A stretch of DNA of 64,000 nucleotides from the human T2T-CHM13v2.0 reference genome, Homo sapiens. The first letter of the stretch is position 1; each line of letters begins with the position of its first letter. The stretch lies in the NCBI RefSeq assembly GCF_009914755.1, contig NC_060925.1, one strand, 5' to 3'. The notes under the pieces were generated by a model. The model searched no databases, was not told the origin of the DNA, and saw nothing but the letters and a program-made list of their open reading frames with translations. Positions 16,060-31,300 of the stretch are shown in pieces. A program made the position numbers and the translations under genes.

Positions 16060-16265
16060 CCATGGTAGAGAGGAAAACGTCTGAACGTCAGAGTTAGGCA
16101 AATCAGGTTTTTAAATTTACCAGGTTTGTAGCCTTAGGCAAGAGATTCCACTTTTCTGGGTATCAGTGTTTCCATTTGTAAAATGAGAACTGTCTCTACC
16201 TTGAGGAGTTGCGTGACATGTACTCACAGGTGAAAGGTACTCAGAGGATGACAGTAATTATTACT
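16060..16265 (+). mobile_element. MIR
   Basis: ccttaggcaag...tcagtgtttccatttgtaaaatgag core. Confidence 0.7.
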
Positions 16266-16309
16266 TGAAATTTAGCCTAAGGCGAGCCCTAACCTATAGA
16301 GCCCAAACT

Positions 16310-16580
16310 AGCTAGTTCAGGACACTTTCTGTTGCAAATGCTAGAAAGTCAACTGAAGTCCCTTAGCAGAACAAGAGAATGAGTTGGCTCATTTGTGAGG
16401 AGGTCCAGGGTTGCAGCTGGCTTTAGATGAGTCCAAGTCCATAGGCTCCACTGATCACCAGGGCTGTCCCCTTTTCTGCATTTTTTGGCTCTACCTTCTT
16501 TAGGTGTCAATGTTTTCCTGTTCCAAAACTATTGGCTTCTTTAATGTGACCAAAGAAGATGGTGGCCCAGCTTGCATTGT
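16310..16580 (-). mobile_element. Old MaLR LTR fragment (MLT1J/K-like)
   Basis: agttcaggacactttctgttgcaaatgctagaaagtcaactgaa...ttggctcat pattern. Confidence 0.5.
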
Positions 16581-17612
16581 CCTTACTACCTAGTGTGTGG
16601 GCCATTTCTGAGCAGTGCATCTTCACCCTGCAGACCATCTTGCTACTAGAGACTCAGGGATAGGTCTGGGCATGTGCAGGCCCTGCAAGTCAAGCTGTAG
16701 CTTTTCTCTACCCACCCCTTTCCTGACTTTCTCTTTAGTATGTTAACCTAGTCAGTGTGGATATCAGGGAACTCATGATTCTGAAGACTTGCCCCAAGTT
16801 TGTGTCATGTGGACGAAGCACTCATACCTTGGAGAACTTGTGTCAGCTCCAGTCTGGGACCATGGTTCACAGGGGCTGTGCTCTTGCTCACTGGTACCTC
16901 CAGACGCAGTGCTGCACCTCTTTATTCCAGAACACAGGGCCTCTGGTCTACTTGTTTTTCTGCTTTCCTACATGCTCTCCTTTCCTTCTGCCCAAAGACT
17001 CCCAGTTGCTGGAAATCTAGAATCGGTGTGTTACTGTCTCCTTTATTTGTGCCACATTTCCTTTACTAAAGCCCCACTCTCCTCCCAGAGTGTGGTCATT
17101 ACATCTATAGGTACCTACAGCCTCATATGTCCAATGTCCACTACCTTGAAAGCTTTAGAATCCGAGACATCTGTGGCCTATCCTCTGTGGTAGGAGCATG
17201 GTGGAGCCATGTTATTTGTATGTCAAAGATCATCTGCTTGTTAGTTAAAAAAAAATAGGGGAAACATTGGCCCCTCTCTTTAAAAGCTCTCCTCCTCCAT
17301 GATCCCCTAGAGTAATTAAGAGATACCAAAGCAATATTTAGGACCGTAGAGAAAAAGAAGGACTACTAGCAAGGACTGGGTAACTTCCTCAAACTCTAGT
17401 TGCTATTCTTTCCCCTTTTTCTTGTACAAGGCAGATGAGAGTCATGAGAGGAATTAATGCTTAACAACTTGAATAACTAATTATCTGCTAATGAGTCCCC
17501 ATTAGGCTCTTACTGAAGTGGGTGTCATCTGTAAATGCAGTGTTTTCTGGAGGCTTGAAGGCCTCTAACGGTACATCATAAATATTCTTTGAGAAATTAA
17601 AGACAAAGTAGC

Positions 17613-18005
<393 letters not shown>

Positions 18006-18483
18006 CTAAAATAGGAAGAGCCTGGACTTCAGACTACCCACTGAGTCTATACTCTGCTTCAGTGTTAGTCCCAGATATACACCATCTGAGATGACAATTA
18101 AGGGGAGAATTCACATGATGTAAAACAAAGAACCGTGGATTGTGAGAGAAAACACCTAAGTCTTAAGTTTTTGCTCATCCAACAAGAGTTGGGGGGAGTT
18201 GGGCAAGGCACATACCTTACCTGCACCACAGGGTTCTCATCTACATAATTAGAACATTAGAACAAATCATGGCCTTGATGAGCTAATTTTGTCATTGTGG
18301 AAATGAACACATACACAAACATTACAGTGCAACAGGGGTTTACACGAGGTGCTGTGTCAGCCCAAAATGGGGCTAATAACTGAACGGCTACAAGCTTCCA
18401 GGACAAAAATACCATGTCTTCTTTATATCTCTCCCCAGTACAAACAACCTGGCACATAGCATGGGCTTAAAAATACAAATTGT

Positions 18484-18569
18484 ATGGATGGATAGATGGA
18501 TAGTTGGATGTGTGGATGGAAAAATGAATAGCTAGGTGAGGAAATAGATGGAGGTGTATGGATGGATAG
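18484..18569. repeat. Degenerate (TGGA)n low-complexity tract
   Basis: Read directly; continues weakly after the THE1 LTR. Confidence 0.7.
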
Positions 18570-18933
18570 TGATATGGTTTGCCTGTGTCCCTACCCAAAT
18601 CTCATCTTGAACTGTAGCTCCCATAATCCCCATGTGTCTTGGGAGGGACCCAGTGGGAAGTAACTGAATCATGGTAGGGAGGTTTTCCTGTACTGTTCTC
18701 ATGACAGTGAATAAGTCTCATGTGATCTGATGGTTTTATACAGGGGAGTTCCCCTGCACGTGCTTTCTTGCCTGCCGCCATGTAAGACATGTCTTTACTC
18801 CTCCTACACCTTCTGCCATGATACCGAGGCCTCCCCAGCCATGTGGAACTATGAGTCCTTTAAACCTTTTATTCTTTATAAATTATCCAGTCACAGATAT
18901 TTCTTCATAGCAGTATGAAAATTGACTAATACA
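18570..18933 (+). mobile_element. THE1 (THE1B/C-like) MaLR solo LTR
   Basis: tgatatggtttg...ctaataca, 364 bp, 5-bp TSD GATAG at 18565-18569 and 18934-18938. Confidence 0.95.
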
Positions 18934-19696
18934 GATAGGTAGAAAGATGAATGGCTGGGCGAATGGATATGAATGATTAAGGGAAGATATCCAGATAATT
19001 GAGTACAACTAAGGATTATGCGGACCAGAGAGAACTGAGGGTAAGACTGAAGCCAGTGAGAGTGAATTGTGTGCATAAATAGCAAAATTTTGCCACAGTA
19101 AACCTACTGGTATAACAAACCTTACAGTGAAAGGCTTTGTATAAATGTTTTCCTGTTATATTAAGTCCAGGAACAGGTTCATATTTTTTCTTTTGCCTCA
19201 TGGCCACATTCCTCTTTAAATGTTCTAAAATATGAGGTGAGTACATTCAAGGCCATCCTGTCAAGCACAATGTAACTTTGAATGGAGTCCATTTAAATAG
19301 CCTCTCTTTATGCAGTTCATTTAAAAATAAAAACCAATTCATCAGGTAGGCTTTGAAAAAGGGACTGGGCTTTGAGTCAAGGTACCCAGCCTACACTGCA
19401 TTCATTTATTCACTCATTTATTAATTATTTCAACAAATAAGAAGTATTTGCTCTGTTGTGTGCCAGGCATTGTGTTAGAGAATGTTGGGATAGGAGAGAA
19501 AGTAATGATAGGCAAGACACACTCAGATCCTTCCTCTGGCCCCTTCTCCACTGTCAGTTCACAGCGCACATTTCCACCCCCATTGTCCTATCCCTGGCTT
19601 TTCCCAGAGAGATGGAAGGTAGAAAGAAATGTGATTAACCACCTCAATTCTCATTCCTTACTTCTGAGAGGCATTTCCCTCACCTGTGCTTTTTAA

Positions 19697-19698
<2 letters not shown>

Positions 19699-19735
<37 letters not shown>
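19699..19735. repeat. (AC)n microsatellite
   Basis: Read directly. Confidence 0.97.
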
Positions 19736-19738
<3 letters not shown>

Positions 19739-20679
19739 CTAGGCTTCTTCCAGATCTGTTCCAGTCCCTATTACCTTTCCTCCCCTCCCACAGTCAGGAG
19801 AGTTCACGTGCCTTAATTATGTAGCCCCCTGGCAGACACTAGCTCAGCACGATGCTGAGCAAGTTAATGTTCCTGGGCATTGCTACCCTCCCACTTCTTG
19901 CGCAACGACTTTTCTTCCAGGTGAACTGAAGGGATTGGCTCTTAATGTGCAGTTTCCCTGAAATCCCATGCCAATGCAGGTCTTTATTGTGCCACACTGT
20001 ACCCGCAGTAACTAGCTCGAAACACAAGTTTATGGATTCTGAATCTAATGATGAACCAGACTATACAATCTTTCAGAATTTACCAGAGACTCGACCCTAA
20101 CAAAAGTAGAGCAGAAGTTAAGAATATCCTAATATCCAAAAGCTCAGAGGATTTCTTCTAAAGCTGTGCTGTTTACCCTCTTAATACTGTTGGCGATTCA
20201 AAATCAATGTAATACAAGCGTTCACCAGAAACATACCAAATGCCCAACAGGATAGAAATCGGGTCTGTGACACCTTCACTAATAAGGGATGACAGTGAAC
20301 AAGCAATAAAACAGGCTCCGCAACTTTCAGACACTCTCGCCACTAATGTGCATGGCATTCCCTTCTTGGAGATGGTGCTACCTTATTAGCATGAGAGAAT
20401 CAAAAGACAGTAAAGATCATTCCAAAGCATTCTTCCAGGTGAGTAACCTAGAATAACACCACTCATCTGAGAATTAAAACAGAGTTGACAAGGTCTTACA
20501 GGGATATTTCAACCAGGATTTTAATCACTGATACGTGCCAGCAAGATTAGCCTTAGGAATAGTGGGGAGTAGATATCCTCGGTGTGAGATCCAAAATATC
20601 TATTCATTTGCTTGTGGCCCCCTCTAACTTTCTTCCTATCTTTGAATGAGCAAGGTTCACATTAAAAACCGAACACTTC

Positions 20680-21032
20680 AAGACTTGAGCCTTTGCAGTG
20701 GCATTCCATCAGCCTGAAATGCTTTTCCTCCAGAAATCCCATAACCAGCCCGTCCTTTGTTCAAATCTCACGTCCTCACTGAGGCCTTCCCCAGTTACCC
20801 TCTATAAAAGAGGCTGTCCTCAGTGACAGCCTGTCACCCTTCCTCTGTTTTCCCTGTCTTCATAGGGCTTATCAGCCTCCTCTTAGCTAGTGGTTTATTA
20901 TCTGTCTTCCCAACTGAAGGAAAATTTCAAGAAGGCAGGTGTTTTTCCATACTGTCCATCACTATTCCCAGAGAACAGACAGTGGTTGGGATATAGTGTA
21001 TGTTCAATAAATATTTGTGGAATGACTGAATA
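20680..21032 (+). mobile_element. L2 3' end
   Basis: Ends ttcaataaatatttgtggaatgactgaat, the typical L2 terminus. Confidence 0.75.
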
Positions 21033-22302
21033 GGTGTCTTAGCAGGAATTAGCTCATTGGTTCACTTTCCTCTGCAAAAGAATATCAAAGTAGGAGATGA
21101 GAAATCTAATACCAACTCTGCCATTAATTAGCTGTGTGATTCTGACAAAGTAGATAAATTTTTCTTGGTCTCATTGTTTCTCTCTAAATGATGAAGACAG
21201 TGAGTGATGAGAAAGAAACTCATCTTTTCCACTCATCAAGTTTCCATGAGAAAGAATCTTTCCTCTAATGCTCTTGATCTCCTGCCGCAACCCCTCAGGT
21301 GGCAGATTGACTTGGGTGATCAGTGAGGTGGGCAGGACTGCTCAGCACCTTCTCCCTCACTATGTACAGGGCTGGGCTGCTCTGTTTAAAGCATCAGTAA
21401 CCTTTGTGATTATGTCTGGGGCCCTCCTGGGGAGAAGTAAGGGTTGTAGTGGCCCAGTTGCCTGTGGCTGGTGGCTGAGTCAGTTTCATTTTGGGTTCAG
21501 CATTAGCAAACCTATTGTGCCTCATGCCTATACTGCTTTCCCCAACCCATCCTTTATCAGAAATAAAATGATATTCTGATTTCCATCTGCCTACTCTTTT
21601 TTAAAAAATCTTTTAACCAGTTCTAAAATGATTCAGGACTCTGGTGAGGAAAAGAGATATTACGTATTGACCCATTTACATAACAAAAAAGGGATATTGT
21701 CAAAGTCTTTTGCATGACACCAGGTATAAATAAATATGTACATCCTGATTTTTTTCTATTTTATAAATATAAAGTATTGATATATGTTTCTCATTGTGAC
21801 CATATATATGAGTGCTCTCTTTCTTCCAAGAAGTATAAATGTACAGTGTAAAGCATATATGGACCCAGAGGAAATTTCATGTTCTCCACCCTCTGAACAG
21901 TAGATAATAGGGCATGGTGCAAAGAAGCGGGGAAGACAGAGCGCACCGAGGAGTGTGTGCCTGATAGGGGTTAATAAAGGCTCAAGAAGCCATCCCAGGG
22001 GAAATTTCTGTCAGTAGAGAGTGAGACAGAGAGATTTTAAGTCCAAACAAGTGATTGGTGATAAGTAATTGAAAAAATTTCATGCGAAATAAATAGATGA
22101 TACAGGCTTCCTGGAATTCATCTGTGGAAATTAATTCTATAGGGAAAAAAAGAGTATTTTTCTCAGTACAGCTGTAAAAAGTGAAACCAGAAAAGCCGAG
22201 GCAATGCTACAGCGGTATAACTGTCCACAACCAACCTGACTTAATTAATATATAATACTTTGGAAAAGGTGCCTTAGAAATTAAGGCAGAATGGATTGTT
22301 AG

Positions 22303-22657
<355 letters not shown>

Positions 22658-22999
22658 CAACTCTGCCTCTTTCATAAACAGTTTGCAAATGTGTCTTTTA
22701 TTCCTTTTTCTGTATTGTAATTGCCAATGACAGAGCCAAACCCAGAACAGGTAAATCAGGATCCCCAGGGGTAGGTCTTCCACTGCTGTCTGTCTTAAAA
22801 GCCCCTCAGGTGACTCTAATGTGTTGCCAAGGTTGCAGAACGCTGGCCTAGATTACCCAGTACTATAAAATAAGCAGGAGAAGAGTGAAATAATTACCAT
22901 AATTACAACATAAACATAATCCTACCAGACCTACACAGGTTTAGTCTTGATCAAAGAAAGACATAAAAACTAGAATTTGGATACCAAATTATATACTAC

Positions 23000-23200
23000 T
23001 TTTACATACATTTTTCCATGTAAAGCTCAACATAACCCTATAAAGAAAGTAGGTTTTTCTTGTTTGTGTGTGCATTTTTAAAAATTATATTTCCCATTTA
23101 GAGATCAGTAACTGAGGCTCCGAATTATTCAATGACTTGCTCAAGGTCGCATGGCTAGGAAGTAGCAGAGTACTCCCAGCTCTGAACCCGTGCTTTTTCA
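23000..23200 (-). mobile_element. MIR
   Basis: aactgaggctc...tgacttgctcaaggtcgcatggctaggaagtagcagag. Confidence 0.7.
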
Positions 23201-25254
23201 GCCATGCGCAGACCATGGAAAAATGTTCTTTTCATGGCCCAGTTCACCATCCTAAAGAAGCTCAGTTATTGGCCTCTTTCTATGAGTCTCTGTAAGCAAG
23301 GTTGGTGGTCAACATTTTTTATTGTTCACTGTTAAGTCTCAATACAAATGAGCAATGATGTGTTGAGAAATTGAAAATCAATGCCACTGATTAAGAAACT
23401 GTCCTCTAATTTGCCTGCTTGGCATTCAGCTTTAAAAGATGCATGAGGGAAAAATCTGTATCTGGCTTGATTGCTTATGAAGAAAATCCCTTCAAGTGTG
23501 GACATTTCTTTGAGCTGTCAATAAAATAATGTTAGTATTTACTACACTTTCATTGTACTAAGGATGCAAACTCTTAATAGTAACTCTACATCAGATAGGT
23601 ACTGTTCTTACACTGATTTTAAAGGTAAGGAAATAACACATAGAAAGGTGAGGTAACTACTTACCATAGGTCCTCTTATTTACTAATATTTAGCATCAAG
23701 TTAAGGAGAAAGCCAGTCAGCTATGCTTTCCTCCACCTCTTTCCCAAAGGTATCTTGTAAACCAATGCCTATCAAATATCTCCATACTCCTAGCAAAAGG
23801 AAAAACCCATTCCTATCAGTATTCAAGTATTTTTTTAATGTTTCATAACTTTGATAATTGGCAAAAGTCATGCCCCCAATCGCCCACAGTTGCCACTTGT
23901 GCTGGTTGAGAGCCTTCTCTGATCTCATTGAAGCCTTGGATGATGCCACATTTCCTGCAGGTTCTGTTGCTGCAATATGGATCCACCTCCCAGCTAACCA
24001 TTATCATACTATACTGTACTGGGCATGTTTCTTCTCCCACTACCTGTAAACTTCATGAGGGAGGCAACATGCTTCTCATCTCTTTACTCTAATGCCTCTT
24101 TTCATGCCTTTGTGGAGATAGGAAAGAAATATATTCAAATCAAAAAATGAATATAAAACCTAGATAACAAGACATTAAGTTGAGGACTTTGAAACTAATT
24201 CTGTAATCGAATTCCTTTCATGACAAGACAGTCTACTGTATAAAAATATGTTCTTATAGTCATTAAATAAATTTGGGTTGGAGAACTTTGTAATTAATCA
24301 GGGACAACCTCTAAACATGAAAAAAATGAAGGGTCTTACAAAATAATTCTACTAATAATTTCAGGAGTTTTTAGTAATAATCTGGAGAGGAAACAAAGAA
24401 AATCACAGAAATCAAAGAAAATCAAACTAATCAACTTTTAAAGTATTTCCTTCCAATGTTAATTCAAATCTAGTTCCCCCCAACCTCAAACCCCACTCCT
24501 TCTTGTGGCTTAAAAAAAGTAAAGAGTTTGGGGTTGTATAAATATTTCCAGTGCTTTCAAAACTAAGAACCAAGGACATACATTTTAGGCAATAAACCCC
24601 CAAAAATACTATAGACAGAGGGAAAGAAAGTGGAGGAAGGAAAAGCTAGGAAAGGGAAAAAGAAATTGAGAGGGAACTAGAAAACAGGAAAAGAAAAAAC
24701 AAGGTAAGAGGATTTCTGGAGAGATCTGTACCAGAGCAAGGGGATGGAGCAAGGAGATAAAATGTCACATATCTTAACCCCTTAAGTATCTCCATTCTTG
24801 GCAACCCCTTCTACAGAATTCTAAACTCAGTGCCATTTCTTCTGCTATCCAACCTGATGGGTGAGCATTTCCCTTCTCATCATATAAGAATATATCCTAT
24901 CCTTTCCAGTTTTCTGAGCTTTTCGGCCCCCAACCCCAGGAGTCTGTCTGGAACTTACTCATTGCTATCTACAGATCATTCTTTCCCCATAACCCACCCT
25001 ATTTAATGGAGAATTTTCTTGTAAAACAGAGACCTAAGTTGTACTGTGAGAAATTTAAGATAGCTGCGTAACTGATTTTTCTTAAAGAAAGTGTAGCCTG
25101 AACTCTCTGTATTTCAGAAAGCTTTTGGAGCTTCAGGTAAAATTTGGTCAAAGGCTAAATCTGGTGCCCTGGATAGAGGTCTGCATTCCCATCAAATCAA
25201 TGAAAGGAACAAGAATGTTCCTTTCATTGTGCTGCAATGAGTTTGGTTGGAGAT

Positions 25255-25434
25255 CAAGACTAGCTACATAATTTGTGAGGCCTAAGACACAATGAAAATG
25301 CAGGAGCCCTTGTCCAAAAATTAATAAGAATTTCATGCTGTTGTTGGCAGAGCATTAAACACGGCGTGGGCTCTTCTAAGTATGATGTCCTGAACAACGA
25401 ACTGCACAGGTCACATGCCCTTGAAGCTGATCTG
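25255..25434 (-). mobile_element. MER45A-like hAT-Tip100 MITE
   Basis: gctacataatttgtgagg...atgaaaatgcaggagcccttg...gcattaaac...ctgcacaggtcacatgcccttgaagctg matches the recalled consensus in reverse. Confidence 0.8.
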
Positions 25435-26069
25435 TAGAAAGCTTTATCTGGTGGAGGCAACCGGGAGTGCAAGTGGGAAGAATGCAGAGGTAGCTAGTGT
25501 GGTCTGGTAATGAGTGACTGGTTCAAAGTGTAGACAAGTCACAAGCTGCTGCTGTGACTGAGTTGAAGTGTTATTAAAGATAGAAGAGTGTAGACGTGAA
25601 AGATGAAGAGAAGAAAGAAATAAGATTAACAATGTGACTTTATACTTTATCTGCCAACATTCAGTCATGAGTCATGCCCAGAAGCTGTGAGTGTCAATTC
25701 TTATTTATTAACATCTCTTTCTTTTAATCAAAATTGATAACAGCCACAATTGTTGAGCTCACTCAGCAATAAGAGCTTCCCTAAATACTAGTAGGTGTAC
25801 TGCATGAATGATGGTGTGAAAAAGCGTTAGAGACTCCAAAGCAAAACAAAACATCATGGATATCTGAAGGTTTCTCTGGCTTTCAATTAAGCATATTTCA
25901 CTTCTAGTTTAGCCTAATAATTGAGAAAAAGAAACAACATGCCTTATAATGCCTGCCTTGCCTACCTTAGAGGCCATTGTAAGGATCTCTCATAAATAAA
26001 GAATACACTAGGATGTGATAAACTGTAACCTCCATACAACAAAAGGCAGTGCTGTCCAGCAGAGGAAGA

Positions 26070-26295
26070 CCTGAAGCCAGAATGCACAGACCTGAAGATA
26101 CTACCAACCCAATAATATACTACCAACTCAATGATTTACTACCTGTGACCTTGAAACAACTCTGAGCTCCTCTGAGCCTCACTTTCCTCTCCTGTAAAAT
26201 AGAGATAATACCCTCCTATTTAACTCAAGGTGGGATAATGTGTATTAAGATTTTATTAAACTGTAAAGTGTTGCACAAATTTAAGGCATTATCAT
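26070..26295 (+). mobile_element. MIR
   Basis: tgtgaccttg...ctctgagcctcactttcctctcctgtaaaatagagataata core. Confidence 0.75.
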
Positions 26296-27859
26296 AAAAA
26301 GAACTTGGCACTACCAAGGTCACCTTGGAAGCTAAAGAAAAAGCTCTGAAGCCATAAAACTACAATCTCTCAGAGATTAACAAAAGGTGATGAAGTTGTA
26401 TTTCAGCCTTATTTAAGGAAAGATCATGATTGCAGAGGTAAGTGGTGTTCGTGTTTATCTCTTTGTTTTTGATCGGATGGTCATCTACATTCTGTCAGCC
26501 CTAGCACCTGCAAAAGAAGTAAACCATACTTCTGGTTTCATGTGAAAGCCAGCCAACCAGGATTTTCTCCCATGGTGCCTCATAAAGCCTAGTCTTTCTC
26601 AAGCAGAGCAAGCAAAATTTTCCTGCTCCCTGGGAAATAAACTGGGTTGTAATCCCAGAATCGTTTCCTGGGAAATATACTGAGTTGCAATCATGTTGTT
26701 AGACATGACATTTACCCTCAAGAAAGTCTTAAGGCCTCTCTACACCTCCCCACCTTCTTCCCACCACCCATTCCCTCTACCCTCAATCTCCCATTAACCT
26801 TCCCTCCACACCCATACCCTACCATTCATGAACAAGGAACAGTTATAATATGAACCGAGAACAAAATGGACCACCATGTAAAGGGCTTGAAATTTAATGG
26901 GAAGAATGAAGAAACTGAAAATCAACAGAAGTGATACAGTAAGATATGTATAGAACTGATTTCTGCTTTCTATGAAGAGCCCACTAAAGGAATGATGAGG
27001 TTACCTGTTTATCTCCAGTTGTAGCCTTAGGTAAGAAAGGTCAGAAAGTTATTAACAGCCACCTAATTTACTGGGTAAGAAACTGGGACAAAATTTGGCA
27101 ACAAAGTCTTTGTTATAAATCTAATGTGTGCATTTTTCCTGAAGTGGCATCTGGTTGTGTATCTTTAAGGACATGGTTAGACGTGTGGATTTAAGTCCTG
27201 GTTATCATCTTTTGGAGAAATAAGACTAATGATCACTGGCAGAATGCTGGTTCCACCTGAAAAGGTTATTTCAAGTGTAAATTCTAGACCTTTTAAGTAA
27301 CAAAATGATACCAACTACCAGATCTGTTTCTGTTGCCTTTGGAATTACAGGCTGTTAGGATTGCTGGTCAAACCTCAAAGAAGGTGGAGTTGAAATTTGA
27401 GAGTCACTGATGAGGCAGCCCTGAAATTTCATTAACAATCAACAAAGCCTGTCATCGCACAGCTGCAGAGAAAATGCACTCTTACAATTGAACATCTACT
27501 ATTGGTAGGAAAGACCAGGGTTAGCAGCAATCAAACTCCTGTTCAGTACTTCTTCCTCAGCAACCCCACACAGAGGTAATCATTGTTACCTCTGTACTCC
27601 TATACCTTACACATAGGGTTATCTTGTGTGTTCACTCCACATTGTCATTATTTGTTTACATGACTAGATGCTGATTACAGATTCTTCAAGGGCAAGGACT
27701 GGATCTTGTTCACTATTGTGTCTACAATGCCATACCGGACACACAGTAGATCTTAAAAACATTAAGTGAGAGAAAGCTGAGGAGTTTGGTAGACTGCTTT
27801 AAAGAAGTGTAGATACCAAATTATAGCTCATTTGCCATCCCCATGTCACTTAAAGAACC

Positions 27860-28300
27860 TAGGCATGTCATGGTTAGTCCTGGATACCATATTTTAGAGC
27901 ATTTGGGAAATTAGAGTGTGTTCACTGTTGGAGATAGGATGGGTGGTAGCAGAGTGGGGAAATGCTTGGCAGAATCTGGAAACCATGTCAAATGGAAGAA
28001 CTGGGAATGATTAATTTGACTGAAAGAAGGCAAAGGAAAGACATGGTTACTCTCTTCAGATATTTGAAAAGCTCTCAAGTGGAAAAGGTAGTTAGATTTG
28101 TTCTGTATTACCCCAGAGGGCAAATTAAGGTCAATGATTAAAAAGTAAAAGGAAGCAGATTTTAGCTCACCAAAAGAAAGAGTATTCTAAAAAACCAACA
28201 AACGACAACAACAAAACAAACAACAAAAAACTCCAACAGAATGCAACAATAGTGGAAAAACAGTGACCTCTGTCTTTGAAGTGATGAAAGCAAATGGCAT
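27860..28300 (+). mobile_element. L3/CR1 fragment
   Basis: tctggaaaccatgtc...tcttcagatatttgaa...gatttgttctgtattaccccagagggc...ggaagcagattttagctca. Confidence 0.75.
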
Positions 28301-31300
28301 AAGCCTCTAGAATCCCTTCCAACGTAGAGTTTCTAATTCTCCACGTACACCAGCAATATAAGCTTTTTTCCTAGACACTGTCTTCAATAGGTAGGAGGGC
28401 AGAGGAGATAGCATGGAGCTCCTTAAGATGGAAGAGAGAGGGAGAGGAGAAAGTCCCTGAAAGGCAAGAGGAGATGGGTAGTTCTGAAGACAAATTTTCT
28501 TGCTACAGTTTTGGCTAATGCCTCTTCTAGTCAAAGAAAGCAGCTAACTGCAATAAGTAGGGTAATGTTTAAAAAAATTAATAATAAGCAAAATTATTTG
28601 GCATGTGGGGGAAAGCCACATCTTTTTGAAAGTTGTTACAGTACTTAAAAGATCTGCAATCACACATCTGTTTTCTTGTTTGGTTTACGGTTGAAGGAAT
28701 GGGAACAGAAGACTCCATGAAATTGAATGACACTTCACATTGATAAGCATTTCTGAAACAATATGGTAGCAATTTGAGGAATACATTACATTCTCAAGCT
28801 GCATAAAGAAAGAGCAAAGAATATAACCTTTAATGCTTAATTTTAATAGATAATCTTACTTGTTACAAATACAGCATTTCACAATGAAAGCCTGTGTTTC
28901 AGTTCAGTAATACGATAAGACATGGCTTGTAAAAATGAGAATTGAGTTTAACTATGCTTGTGTTTTATTTTTCATTTATCATTGTGAATTGCTTCTAAAT
29001 AAGATTGTCTTACTTTATTAATTTGCATAATTACTGAAAAATACCATGTGATTCCAAATAACAAGCTTCTGAGAATATCATCTCAGATTTACTGTGACAT
29101 TATTCTGAAAGTGACAAAACTTGATACACAATTAAGAGTAAAAGTGTATAAGCTCATTTTGTTGCCTTTGAGTCTTCAAAATATAAAGAGGTTATGTGGA
29201 TTATACAATGAATTTTTGTGCTCAGATGCTGAACAGCTTGAAAGCCAAAAACAACTGGTAAGTATGATAATATTGTAAAGTAACAATAAGCCTGGTTTTG
29301 ACAGATAGGAGCCAGGTGGAGTTTTTTGTTTTTGTTTTTTTAATTGAATCAAGACTCTTGAAGAAAGATGAGACAAGTCTCCAATGAAAATCTAAAAATA
29401 CTTGTTCAAATGTATTTGTATTTTTTGAATAGCACCCTTTCAAATTAGCTTGACAGTCTCTGGTCCCAGTCAGAAAATCCTGATGCCCTGTTTGAGTTCA
29501 ACCAGTCAGCAAGTACAAACATTTCACTCAGCTGGATCTTCAAAAACGTGGGCGAGGTGGAAAACATGGATATGGATAAAAAGCTGCAAGCCGTATATTC
29601 ACTATCACACATTGTTTAAAGAGCCAAGTAGTAAATGCTCCTCTTTAGGTGGAGGCTGCTCAAATACAACAAGGCTCACTGATAAAATAAATCCCGTGGC
29701 CTGTCTTGGGCAAGCTGATGAACAGGGCCCCTGACTGTCTTCCCTAACATCCCAGGGATAGCAGCAGAACAAAAGCAGAGACAAAAGCCACACCTCTTTC
29801 TCCTGCCTCCCACATCCTCCTCTTAATCATTTGAAACTGAAAGTTTGGTAACGGCAGTCCTGCCTAAAATATTGCTTGTTTACTTAAGATGACATTCCAG
29901 AAGCTGAAAAGTGGTAATTACAATCCTGCTCTCCTTTCTTTCGAGTCATGACTTCAGTAAATTTGTGACTTTCATGAGAAAGGAACATCATGGCTGAAGA
30001 ATGATATATAAAATAAAAACCTTTGTATCCTATGCAGAATCTTGGCAGGAGAATTGTATTTTTTCTAGTAATTAACTGGGTGACACTGATTCTCTTAAAA
30101 GGTCTCAGTATTGTTTCACGCACTCCAGCCTTCAGTCTCCAACCAGATGAAGAATCTTATTTGTCTGTTGTTGGGTCAAAAGATGTTCCCCACAGCTGTT
30201 GGGAATCTTATTGCCTGGGTAAAATAACAGGGCATATTTCACAGGAACTGTTCATGTGGGCTGTGAGCTTGTTGTGAGGCACAAGGCCAACAGCTGGATG
30301 GAAATGGCAGGTTCTGGGCCAGCTGAAACTCTCTGCTTTCAAGTTTTGCGTGTTGTGCACATACACATAAACACACACACACAGACACACACACACTTAC
30401 ACGACCAGCCTGGGAATGTTAAACAACTCCAGATTTATTTTTTAATATGAACGAAAATGTCTAGTGTGACCTAGAGGATTGGCAGAACCAGGCAAGCCTA
30501 CTCTCTCACCACAGGCTGGAGGCGTCTGGGCCAGGCCTAAGAAGTGGCTGCAGACCATGGAGATGAAGGGTTTGTGAGGGCAGGCTCATCTCCTCAGCAG
30601 GGTGATGCAGAAAGGAAGGAAAAATAATGCAAAGCAACTTAGCCATCATAGCATCTGAATGATTATCTAGCCAAACTCATACTTTTTAAGAAAAGGAAAC
30701 TGAAGCCCAAAGTACACAGTGAACCAAAAGGAACCATTTCCTAATTAGGTCCCGGTTAAGGCCTTCAGAGAGTCTAGTAAACTCTAAAAGGATTGTGGTG
30801 TCCACCAGTATGTCATTCAGTACAAAACATTAAACAGTCTAATGAGGTAGTATAACACTGATTTTTTCCCACTAGGGTTAACTTAAAATATGTTTTTGGA
30901 AGTATTTCATGTCACATGCTTTCAGAAATAGTTTCTCCTATCATTAGACACCCCCTAGTGTGCTGGTGCTCCGAGTCTACGCTTATCTTGCCTATTGAGA
31001 ATCCAGCTTTTCTTCTGACCCCAGGGCTGAGCAATTTCCACACCCTTGTAACCTTCCTCATCCTCTATCCTTGAGTGATGGACTGCCTGGACTGGCAGGT
31101 TCTGGCAGGTTCCCCTTTCCAGTCTGCATCCAGGGGCAGGGAGGAGAGGGAGGGAGAGCGCCTTCACATTAGCCATGCCAGGTAGCTGCTCAGCCTCCTC
31201 TAGAAAGTGCCAGGGAGGACAATACATTCTCTCCTAGGATGGTCTGTTCCGTTTCCAGACAATAGCTCTGATTCTTAGAAAGTTCTTTCCTGGGTTAATT

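Noticed and set aside
19842-19860. Short palindromes (gctcagca-cga-tgctgagc; also tttgcaaatttgcaaa at about 61211)
   Set aside because: Stems of 8 bp are expected occasionally in 64 kb; no supporting context
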